Below are positions 51,506-62,347 of a stretch of DNA of 64,000 nucleotides, piece after piece. The stretch's first letter is position 1, and the number at the start of each line of letters is the position of its first letter. The position numbers were made by a program, and so were the translations under genes. The stretch lies in NCBI RefSeq assembly GCF_000143415.4, contig NW_003314322.1, forward strand, positions 269,691 to 333,690, given 5' to 3'. Source of the stretch: Selaginella moellendorffii (taxonomy: Eukaryota > Plantae > Lycopodiophyta). The notes below the pieces were generated by a model, which saw only the letters and a list, made by a program, of their open reading frames with translations, had not been told where the DNA came from and ran no database searches.

Positions 51506-54500
51506 TCAGACTGTTATTTTTTGCCTCCAACGCCTATACAATAATCTTGGAATTTCATCACTCTCCACACTATCAGGATTTAAACCCAATAGTAATGCCA
51601 TCTCTTCTCTAATACGTCCACGCTCATGTTCAGTGGTCGAAGAACCCATCCGGTTGAGCAGATTATGGAGATGCGGATAGTGCTTGGCTAGACAATATAC
51701 ATGCCATAAATGATGACTGGTGTCTGTCCGATCAAATAGCTTCTGATATACCGTTCCATCTGCCATTTGGTTGATTTCTGCAGCCACCTCCTGGACTGGC
51801 CGGTTCTCTATCACCATCGCTTCAAGCCGTTTTGCAAGGTCCCCCAGAACATACGGTTTCTTCTCCCTAGTTTCCATACTGCAAGAGATGGGGTGCACTG
51901 CATATGTGTGCGTGTTCGCTGCAGTTTTAATCGGCGAGTCATCGATGATGAGGATTTCACTTGACCTAGCAGTCCGGTTCATCACTACAGCCTCTGCCTT
52001 GACGAAGATGGGCTTGCTACCCCTCACATGGACCATAGTCAAGCAATCCTCCTGCGTTAGGAGAAAGTCAAATGGTAATATTACTCGCGTCTGATCGTGC
52101 ATCATCTGTAGCAACGTTAATGCATTGTGGCGCATCATGGATGTCCAAACTCCCAATTGCAAATTGAACCCGGCCCTCTGTTTTAAGTGTCGCATGGTCA
52201 TTATTAGATCCCGCAGTTTCTCCCGTGTGATTAATGTGAATCTGTCTCTTTTGACCAACTTGCGACCGCAGGCTTTGGAGGGTGCAGTGACATTCGAGGA
52301 CGAGCCACGCTCATGGGAGAAAAGGACACCGTTCAGATCAAAAACGATACAGTACTTTCGCCGTGACTCTGAAATGAAATGCGTTAGCATAAAAAATGGT
52401 ACAAGTCAATTTTACCATCTACAATATTAGCGAATGGTGCTCCCGATGGTCGTTCAGAGGGTTTTGGTCGAGGAAACGTGAAGGGCGGAAATACTCTCCT
52501 CTGCAATGTGGGGTCAATCGCATCCGATGGCGTGTGGGCACATGCCATTTCAGCTGTAGACTCTAGTACAACTGGCTCAACAGTGGCATGGGGTGGTTCC
52601 GATGGCGTGTGATCACACGCCATTTCAGCTGGTGCCTCCGTTGGCAAAGTGGACATGACCGAACAGGCAGCAGGGGCGGTGTAGGGAGGTTCCAACGGCG
52701 CGTAGTCAGACGATTGGGCACACGTTGAGTCCGTTGGAAATGAGGATACGACCGGCTCGGCGGCTGGGGCGGCCTCATGCGGGTCCAATGGCGCCTGGTC
52801 ACCGTCAGTTGGATACGTGGACAAGATTGACTCAGTGGTATGGGCAGCATCAAGTGGAGCGTGGTCAGCTTGCTTGGCGTTGATATGGATAGTAGCCTCC
52901 ACCAGCTCTAATGACTCTTGCAGGCAAGTAGAGTCCACTGGCGGATCCATATGCATGTCCAAATATCTCCCTTCGATTGAGATGGTATCCTCCCGTGCTA
53001 CTAAAAACAAACTCATTAGCACATTGAATCGACTATACTGTATTTACCATCAACTGCTATTGAGGAACTAGGACCGATATCACTTGGGCGCATTGCTGAT
53101 TCTGAAGGATTGGACATACGTTTCGACCCTTGCTTGGCACTATCCTTCCTCGACACTAAAGGCTAGAGTTTGTATCTTAATTCAACTGAATAATCTCTAC
53201 TTACCATTTCTTCTGCGACCTACATGGACAATGTTAGAAATGGTAAAAGGTTAGGAATGGATGTACTATTATTTACCTGATGGTTTGTCTTGTATGACCT
53301 TCCTCCGCTGCTCTTTGGCCACCTCAGGCTGGCCATCATCGTCATCATCGTCATCGTCGTTATTGTGATCGTCACCATTGTGAGGACCATCCAAGTCCTC
53401 TTCGTCCTCCTCTTCTTCGTCCTCCTCTTCTTCGTCCTCCTCTTCGTCCTTCTGCTCTTCCTGCTCATTATCTTTCTCTGGCTCCTCATCCCCCTCTTGC
53501 ATTTCTTCCATAGGCTGCTCAGGCTGGATTGCTTGTTTTTCCAGGACCATCTTGGAAAAATCATCTGGCCGAGTCTCCATCTCAAAATACAAGACATCCA
53601 TAGCCTGTTTTAGTGCGTGACCTAGGACCGTATCCTCACCCGACTATCTTAACATGGTTTCTGCACGTTCTTGCACCCTTCGAAGACGACGAGATGAGAA
53701 AAACGTGGCCCTGACTTGAAAAGCATCCCTCATCCATTGTACCTCTCCATTGAGATTGGGGAAGGGGAGTCCGCCATAGGAATCTGAGTCAGAAGGTGGT
53801 GACTGGCTCCTTTCACTCAACCCTTGATCTGCAATGAATGGCATGAGCACACACGCCATAACCGCGAGGCATTACCTATCATCTTTTCGTTGCCCTTCTT
53901 CCTTTTCGAATCAAACGCCTCTGATCCCGACGACTGTCCAACGTGCTTTCGCTTTTTATGACCACTGTCAGTTTGAGCTTGGCTGGTGCTTGCCTGTTTT
54001 GCCTTTGAAGAAGTGTCTCCTGCAAGGAATGGCATGAGACCACACGCCATTGCAAATATAATTTGTACCTCCTTTTTTCCTATTGCTTGTCTGTTTGTCC
54101 TTCTTCGACGCGCCACCAGTGCGCTTTTCAGTCCTCGTGTCTGAATATTCACAACGATCTATAATCAAAATGGCGTGAGGCCTCACGTGACCTTGTGCAG
54201 GTTGTGACCTCGGCCTAACATCAGTAGCTGTTAACGCCGTTTCAGCATCTGGGGGTGGCCACGCTCCTGCATACAGAGCTTGTGAGATAACATTTAAACT
54301 TAAAGTGCGTACTCACCAGGTTCGTAGAGAAGATACTGTTTTTCTTTGGCAACTGTAATTATATGCTCCATTGAAGTCACCTCTTCAATGGAGTTTGTCA
54401 CCGCAACACACGGGACACCCTTGAGTAGTGCGGCTGGAAAGAATAGTCCGCCGCAGTTGTACTCGACAACGCATTTGCCCTTGGAGTCACCCGCTATTGC

Positions 54501-57500
54501 GTTGAAGACCCAGCTGAGCATTTCCCATGCTGCACCTGGAGCTTTCTTTGGATTCGAAAGCTCCATAGCCGTCTTCAGTTCCTCAGGCACGGGTAAATTG
54601 ACCTCCCTCAGATCAATTCGATCGGCTTTGTTGAACGAAGCTGGGAAGTCACTCCAGTCCCACTCTGCTGCAGGACCAATAACAAGGGCGACTGTGAAGA
54701 TGCGGACATTCGTCGGTATCTTCTTCTTAGCCATTATCCCATGGATCTCCCGCATCTCCTTGCCTTTCAACCGAGCCTTCACCTCGTTCAAGGCCTTCCA
54801 GAACTTGTGATAGGATTCGGAGTCGTAGATCATATAGTGGACTGAAGATTCCACCTCCGCAAGTCCCACCATTAAGTCAATGATGGAGCTGACTTCGTCT
54901 GCATGAGTGATCTCCTCGTTTGTGAAGTCCATCACACAAAAGATGTTCTTGACCTGCTCATCTCCGCGGGAAACGATGCTCCTCCACCTTTGATCCTCAT
55001 CCGAATTCACGTATACCCGGTAAGGTTCTCGATAGGCCTCTGCTGCGGGGTCGAGCTGTTTCTGAAGCCGGCGGTCGACATCCCTCTTAATGAAATTTGG
55101 ATACTGATCCAACTTCTCAGCTTTACTTTTCGTGGCATCCCGCAGCAGATCGATGAACTTGGGGGCCCCCTTCACGTACTCGTCGATGTCTTCATTTGAC
55201 AAGTCCAGCTCTTCCATCATCTCTTGCGTGGTGTCGATGCTCACCCTCGCCACGGCCACTTGCTCGAAGATCCAATCCTTCAATAGCGCACGAGCTCTCA
55301 GAGTCGTGCACAAGTCCTCGTATGTCACAATATGGCCGGGAGTCATTTTGGTCTTGTTGAAGACTACCTCACCAAGTAGAAGAGCATTAGCCACTGTCAG
55401 AAGGTCGTCGTCGTCTAGAGACCGCGAGAAACGCAAGGCGTTGAGCTTCAAATCATTGGGCTTCCGGCCATCCTCCACACCCATTGAGTTTAGCAACTCC
55501 CCGTCATGGTACCTCCTTAGCACATCTACCCATTTGTCAAAAACAACTTTTGTCGCGAGTAGAATGTTATGGATGCTGAGTGTGTCATTGACCCCCAGTG
55601 TTTTCGAGAGAAGACTCGAGAATTCCTGCAATGGAAATGGCGTGAGGCCACATGCTATGCCACATGCAACGAGGCTTACCTGCCAGGCGCTAGTTGCTAG
55701 TGCACGTCCTTGTCCTGGTTTTTGTGGCTTCTTCAGTTGAACCCAGAGCTTCCGTGTTCGTGCCAATGTCTCGTGCAGACCCGATTTGTAGCATGTTTCT
55801 TGCTTGACATTCTGCGCATGGGAGATGTATATGATAGATCGGAGGGGCGAGTTGCCTTTTATCAGGCGGACAACTCTTGTCTTGAAGACTTTCTTCACCT
55901 CCTCGCCCACCATAATATCCACAACTATCTGTTGCATCGCCAAGCTAGAATGCTGCCCGGAGACGGCATAGAACCGGATGTTCTGATCGTCCAACACCTT
56001 CCTATTGATCAAGTCTGGAAACCTCGTCTCGCCCTTCATTGTTCGGTAGTAGGGGATCACGTCTGCGATGTCGGGTGTTACTGGACTTGCCAGCATCTTC
56101 TGCTTCAGTTTCTCCACCCACTCATCAGATACTAGCCTGTGGTTGTATTTGCTTTGGATCTCGATACGGCTCACGTCGATTGTATATACTTTGTTCGAAT
56201 AGTAACAAGTACTATTATCTGCGACGATTTTTGCTGCCTCTTCTTGCTCTTTCTGCTCTTTGCGGCTCTTCTTTTTGGTGGGTGTAGTGTTCGAACCCGA
56301 GGCAATGGCATCACCGAGTAGCTTCTTTTTTGGAGCAGCAGAGTCGGACGTCGGCTTGAGCTTGACCACCCTTTTCTGCTTCGGGGTAGTTTCCAGATCG
56401 ACCCCCTTCCCCTTCGCTTCGCAAACTGGAGGCACTCTCAACGGCTCAATGTTGGAATATAGTTTTTGAACATCGCCGTAGGTGAGGTCCGTGGATTCCA
56501 TGTGATCTTCATAGACCCGCAGCGTCTTTGAAATTGTGGGCCTCCTGGACAACCTCTCCCTAGCTCCCTCTAGGAATTCCTCATAGCCGCTGCCCCCCTC
56601 CGGGAAGCCGCTAGGATGTGCAAGGTGGTGTGAGACACAAAATCCCTAGGCCCCAAAGTGGAGCCGGAAGGGCGCCACATGGTAGTGGCCGAAGCGAGAG
56701 CCAAACGAGTGTAACACGTTTGGACCAAAAGCTCCGACTTGAAAAGTCAAGAGCGGGAGTGGAACTCCCAACGAAGTGCTCGAGGAATGAGCACGAAGCG
56801 AGCAAAAAGTGAGGCTCCAAAAAGGGACCCAAAAGGACCAACACATGACACGTGGAAGTGTCCGAGATGGACTCGAGTTGGAGTCCGAAGTGGAGTCCGA
56901 GATGGACCCGAGTTGGAGTCCGAAGTGGAGTCCGAGATGGACCCGAGTTGGAGTCCGAAGTGGAGTCCGAGATGGACCCGAGTTGGAGTCCGAAGTGGAG
57001 TCCGAGATGGACCCGAGATGGAGTCCGAGAAGGAGTCCGAAGTGGAGTCCGAGGTGGACCCGAGATGGACCCGAGTTGGAGTCCGAAGTGGAGTCCGAGG
57101 TGGACCCGAGATGGAGTCCGAGATGGAGTCCGAGATGGACCCGAGATGGAGTCCGAGATGGAGTCCGAGATGGACCTGAGATGGACCCGAGATGGAGTCC
57201 GAGATGGAGTCCGAGATGGAGTCCGAGATGGAGTCCGAAGTCGAGACCGAGACCGGGACCGGGACCGAGATCGAGACCGAGACCGAGATCGGGACCGAGA
57301 CCGAGACCGAGGCCGAGGCCGAGGCCGAGCCCGAGGCCGAGTCCGAGTCCGAGTCCGAGTCCGAGTCCGAGTCCGAGTCCGAGTCCGAGATGGACCCGAG
57401 ATGGAGTCCGAGATGGAGTCCGAGATGGAGTCCGAAGTCGAGACCGAGACCGGGACCGGGACCGAGATCGAGACCGAGACCGAGATCGGGACCGAGACCG

Positions 57501-59296
57501 AGACCGAGGCCGAGGCCGAGGCCGAGCCCGAGTCCGAGTCCGAGTCCGAGTCCGAGTCCGAGTCCGAATCCGAGTCCGAGATGGACCCGAGATGGAGTCC
57601 GAGATGGAGTCCGAGATGGACCTGAGATGGACCCGAGATGGAGTCCGAGATGGAGTCCGAGATGGAGTCCGAGATGGAGTCCGAAGTCGAGACCGAGACC
57701 GGGACCGGGACCGAGATCGAGACCGAGACCGAGATCGGGACCGAGACCGAGACCGAGGCCGAGGCCGAGGCCGAGCCCGAGCCCGAGTCCGAGTCCGAGT
57801 CCGAGTCCGAGTCCGGAGCCTGAGAGGGTGAAAGCCCAAAGCGTTCGTCTCCCAGACCCTGGGGGGTTTGGTGAGCTCCAAAAGTATAGTAGGGGGAGGA
57901 CTGCAGTGGAGCCAGTTTGGCCAGGAAAGGCCAGTTTGGCCCAGGAAGGCCGGACCCAGTGTTGGGTGATGAGCTGCCCACTGGGAAGTCCAAGACTAGA
58001 GTGAACACGGACCGACAAGCGGGGTAGCTTGGTGAAGTGTTCAAGAGCCGGCTCTAGTTCCCCCGGGAGATCGACTGGCCGATGCTCCCAGTCCAAGTGT
58101 GGGTGGCACTACCTACTTGGATACCAGGCGTGGCTCAACGGAACCTCGCTCTAAGCCCATGGCTAGAGCACCCAAGGGCAGAAGGCGAGGAGAGTACCCA
58201 GGTGGCTCGCGTAAGGCCACGGTGTTCCGAAATGTTGTCCCAAAGGCCCAGACTGTGGAAAGGAAGAGGAGCAGTCCTCTGGGGTAGTGACCAAGGACAC
58301 AGTCGTGTGGTGAGGAAGTCCCAGAGGACCGTGGGACTTAGTGGTCGGGCCTGTGGGTCTCGATCCAGTGGCAGTGTTGGCAAACACGGCCAAGGGCAGA
58401 AAGGGACTTAGTGGGGATTGACAGAGGGATATTGGGGAAGGCTATTCCCCTTGTCGGTGGGCATCCTAAGGATGCTAAGGAGTGGATCTGAGATGACCAC
58501 TCACGGATGGTTTGCCTAGTCTTGGAGAGCCAAGACGGTGATGCAAGTGGTATTGGACTACCAGTGTGGCAAAGGTGATTGGGCATGGCCTTAGCGTAAC
58601 GGGCTGCTATGTCGGTGGTACCTCTGAGTGTCGGTCATGGGATCGGACACGTGGAGCACTTGGACCAAGTGCAAATGTTAAGTGGCATGGATGCTATTCT
58701 CGGGGCTAGCAAGTCCCAAGTCCTGGATTGGACTTATGGAGGTTGTGAATGAGACTCCTCCAAGTGGTCAGAGGTGTGGTTAAGTGACTAAAGTAGAATG
58801 GAAAATTTAGTCGCTTACAGGTGGATCTTGAAGGCGGACGCTGTCTCTACCACAAGTGCCAGTCCATATTCTTGCATGGAACTGCATGGAGTGTCTGTCA
58901 CTTGGATGAGGATCCCCATGCATTCTTTTCTCCCACCATCTGTGTTGTACAGCATCAGATCCTCGCCTTCCATCCCGAAAGTCCAACTGGTGAGCTCCTC
59001 CCCCTTCTCTGCATCCACATTGACAGTGGCTGGAAGAAGAACGCAATTCCTCGCCTGTTCAAAAATGCACAACAATTAGAGCTGACAGATGAAAAGCTAG
59101 CAGCTGGAAATAACGTGAGGCCACACGCCATTCACCACTGCATCAGATGTCTTGAGGCTGCATCCTAAGATGGCGTGAGGCTACACGCCATCTGTAACCG
59201 GACTGCACTCGAGAGCCCAATCGGTGCATGCCAATGTTGCTACTGAATGGCATGTGGCCTCATGCCATTTTCTACTTCGTCTAAAAGACTTACCAT
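51506..59296 (-). CDS. Multi-exon gene of about 1,600 aa: ParB/Srx-like domain, degenerate N6A/N4C methyltransferase-like domain, basic/acidic linker, C-terminal FCP1/NIF-like HAD domain; disrupted by a solo LTR
   Basis: Phase-consistent GT-AG joins link ORFs 58815..59075, 54300..56552, 53968..54186, 53817..54152, 53644..53859, 53269..53601, 52384..53022 and 51506..52390. Introns include 59055-59293, 55626-55679, 54267-54316, 54020-54068, 53829-53875, 53678-53742 and 52369-52415. Motifs: NHRLVSDEWVEKLKQKM..FYAVSGQHS..ISHAQN; GKCVVEYNCGG..AALLKGVPCVAV; IVFDLNGVL..IIDDSPIK. Confidence 0.7.
56629..58819 (+). mobile_element. Family-A solo LTR with 5-bp TSD GGTGG
   Basis: GGTGG|TGTGAGAC ... CGCTTACA|GGTGG (TSD at 56624-56628 and 58820-58824). 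No PBS follows. Confidence 0.95.
56860..57818. repeat. Expanded GAGTCC/GAGACC/GAGATG array inside the LTR
   Basis: 6- and 12-bp units with higher-order block duplications. Confidence 0.95.
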
Positions 59297-60893
59297 TTGA
59301 AGCCGAATGGAGGCCGTGACAATCGAGGCCGGACTCGCTGGCGAATGTGCACTGTGTGTGCAGCGGATCGTAGCAGCAAGGCTACTCTGCCACTTACAAT
59401 TGGAGAGTGGTGCTGAAATCTCCCGGGACGCCAAGTGGGCTGAGTGTGGGTGGTGGAGTGGGCGGCGGAGTTGGCGGCGAAGTTACAAACTGGGTGTGTC
59501 TTGAAGTGGACGCCGATGCACACGAGCGCGATGCGAGCGCGAGTGTGATGCAAGCGCGAGTGGACGCCGATGCACACGAGAAACCTGTAGAGAAGTGAGC
59601 GTGATCGCGAGTGGGAGCGCGATGCGAGCGGGAGCGCGAGTGTGATGCGAGCGCGAGCGCGAGTGTGCGAGTGCGAGTACAAAGAAAAATGCAAAACCTA
59701 ACCTCACACGCGCGAAATGTCACAACGGTTGGTAATCCCGCCACGTCATCATTCCTCGGACTTGGGCGCCACCATTAATTTCTGGATTGCCGCGCGCATG
59801 CAAGCACGCAAAATCCAAAAGAAATCCGCAACATCATCATTCCTCGGACTGCATGCACGCGAAATCCAAAAGAAAGATCATGATTGGGATATCATTTAAT
59901 ACCCTCGCTATATTTATACCATGCATGATTGGATATTCCAAAGCATCTTGTATTTCCAAAAATGGCAGATGTTCAGCTAAATAAAGAAATTCTATCTGTT
60001 TCTATTTTTCTCTCAAATCAATATTATAGCGTGTGGGCTCATGCAATTTTGAACCAAAGAAACCCAAAAAACGTTGGACCCAAAATATTTTGAAAAAACC
60101 CAAAAAACCCTAAACATTTTAAACCCAAAAATCCAGGCGTCCTGTGGCGTTATTCCTTGAATGGCGTGTGGGCGCATGCCATTTTCAGGGCCAAATGCTG
60201 AATGGAGAAAAATTCCCTTTCAGTGCAAATGCTGCAAGAGGCAGATGCCGAGCACAAAGGACTGTAACTACCTCACATGACACAGATAAACTTTTCTCTA
60301 TTTGGCAAAGATAAACTTTATAGCGTGTGGGCTCATGCAATTTTGAACCCAAAAAATGCACCAAAAAATTCTCGGCGTCATCTGGCATTATCTCTTGAAT
60401 GGCGTGGGGCCGCATGCCATTTTCAGGGGCACATAGGAGTATATTCCTAGGATATTCTGACACGCGCGAGATTTTTTTGAGTTTTCTGGAGATCCAACCG
60501 TTAGATCGCAACTAGATTTTACAGAATGGTATACAATGTCTTTCTTGATGACCCTGCAAAGAAGCATCTCAATCGGACACCACATGAGACCACACGAGCC
60601 TTACAATGTTTCAGGGGCATTTGCCATAGATCCGACCGTTATTTTGCTCCAAGATTTTACAGTTTGGTGTGCATTGACCTTTCCATCGAAACTGCAAAGG
60701 GACATCACAATCAGATGCGGGATCACAAGAAACTAACTTCACTAACTCTGGTTTCACCAAGATCTACGTAAGGAGTTATGAAATGAAAGGACCCTCTCTA
60801 TTGAAATGTGTTTATGGTCCTAGGGGCATTGTGACATATCAAAGGATTTTGCATCAAGTTCTGTATTTGCATGTTTATCAAGCTACTGAATTG

Positions 60894-60927
60894 CTAAACC
60901 CTAAACCCTAAACCCTAAACCCTAAAC
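60894..60927. repeat. Interstitial plant telomeric repeat, (CCCTAAA) about 4.8 units
   Basis: CTAAACCCTAAACCCTAAACCCTAAACCCTAAAC. Confidence 0.9.
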
Positions 60928-62347
60928 ATGTGGCAAATGCTGCGTGAAGAAAGATGCCCTTTCTGGGCAAATGCTGTAAGAGGCAGATGCCGAGCAGATG
61001 TATCTCAGGCTAGCGAAGGGGACGAACGAAAGCTAGCTATAAACATGACGGGATGCAAATAGATTACTAGGCTGGTCCTACGAAAATCAAAAACCATAAT
61101 TGAAAACATTGAAAATGCAAAAAGAAAGGTTTATAATATTTTTGAATTTTAGGCAACCAAAGGAATGTAAGTAGGGCATGTGTTTGTAAGTTTAAAAATG
61201 CCTCAACCACTTAAATTCCCAAGTAAATAAAGTTGTTTGTATTTTTGGTACAGGTAAACTTTATAGCGTGTGGGCTCATGCAATTTTGAACCCAAAAATG
61301 CACCAAAAAATGCTCGACTAGCATTATTCTTTGAATGGCGTGTGGCCTTATGTCGAGCATTATTCTTTGAATGGCGTGTGGCCTTATATTGCCATAAATG
61401 GACGTACACACACAGCGTAATTATTCCTTTACACGGCGAATAATCTTGGCGCGGATCGCTGACATGGCATGGCAAAGTTCGAATCACTGACATGGCACAG
61501 CTGGATCGAGGCAAGGACATGATGTGACAAAGTTCAACCTCCGACAGCAAAGTCTAGAAGCTACTCAGTTTGAAATTTGTCAGAGGAATCATAAGATCTG
61601 GTTTGTCAGAGGATTTGATGTGACGTTCAAGCGTGTGTTATTTTTGAATTCTCGAACTCATTCCTAGGTCTATCATTTTTGTGCGCCGTGTTCTTGGTTC
61701 CGCTGAGCGCAGTGAGCGCTGCTTGTGTAAGCGGCGTTGTGGGCTGTGGTTTATGTGTCTACGAGCGGTTGCGGCATTGCGAGCGCCATTGCGAGCGGCA
61801 GTTTATGCGAGTGGCAGTTTGTGCGAGCGGCGCTACGAGCAGTTGCGGTGTTGCGAGCGGCGCTACGAGTAGTTGCGGTGTTGCGAGCGGCACTGTCTTT
61901 GGTGTGGCTACCGCTTCCTCTTGATATTCGGCACTTGTGCTTCCTGGTATGTTCACCATGGAATGGCTTAGGACCACATTTAGAAATGGCATGAGGCCAC
62001 ATGCCATCTTGGGCCCTTGCAATTTCATGGCTACCTAATTGTAATGTATGTTTTTATTTGCGTGCAGCTGTGTGTATATCAAGATGCCATGAGGCCATAT
62101 GCCATCTTTGGCCCCTACAGGCTAGCAGGGGCCAAAGATAGCGTGAGGCCTCATGCCATTAGTGGTACCACTAATGGCATGAGGGCTCATGCCAATTTTG
62201 TGAATGCGAAATTTCACGTGGGTGTCAATAGCATGTTTGAATAATGGCATGTGGCCTCATGCTATTGAGGTTGTTTGGTATGTTATGATTTAGGCCATTC
62301 TCCAATCATTTTTTGTATGGTCTTAACTTCTTTTCTGCACTTTCAGA

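Larger units (their letters stand above)
51450..62265. repeat. Dispersed 22-bp palindrome ATGGCRTG-N6-CAYGCCAT, about 22 copies
   Basis: Copies start at 51450, 52527, 52602, 53838, 54029, 54170, 55637, 59110, 59170, 59247, 60026, 60161, 60320, 60399, 61263, 61335, 61371, 61986, 62084, 62138, 62174 and 62244; some have a degenerate arm. Confidence 0.92.

Noticed and set aside
54346-56469. Plus-strand ORFs over the ParB-like gene (and similar ORFs antisense to gag-pol and host genes)
   Set aside because: Antisense shadows with no recognisable motifs.
56611-58096. Long SR-rich, SD-repeat and LG-repeat ORFs in several frames (also 37589-38729)
   Set aside because: By-products of the stop-free hexamer array inside an LTR, not SR proteins.
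51450-62265. Palindromic repeats read as a CRISPR array
   Set aside because: Spacing is irregular (tens to thousands of bp), no cas genes are present, and the context is eukaryotic and intron-containing.
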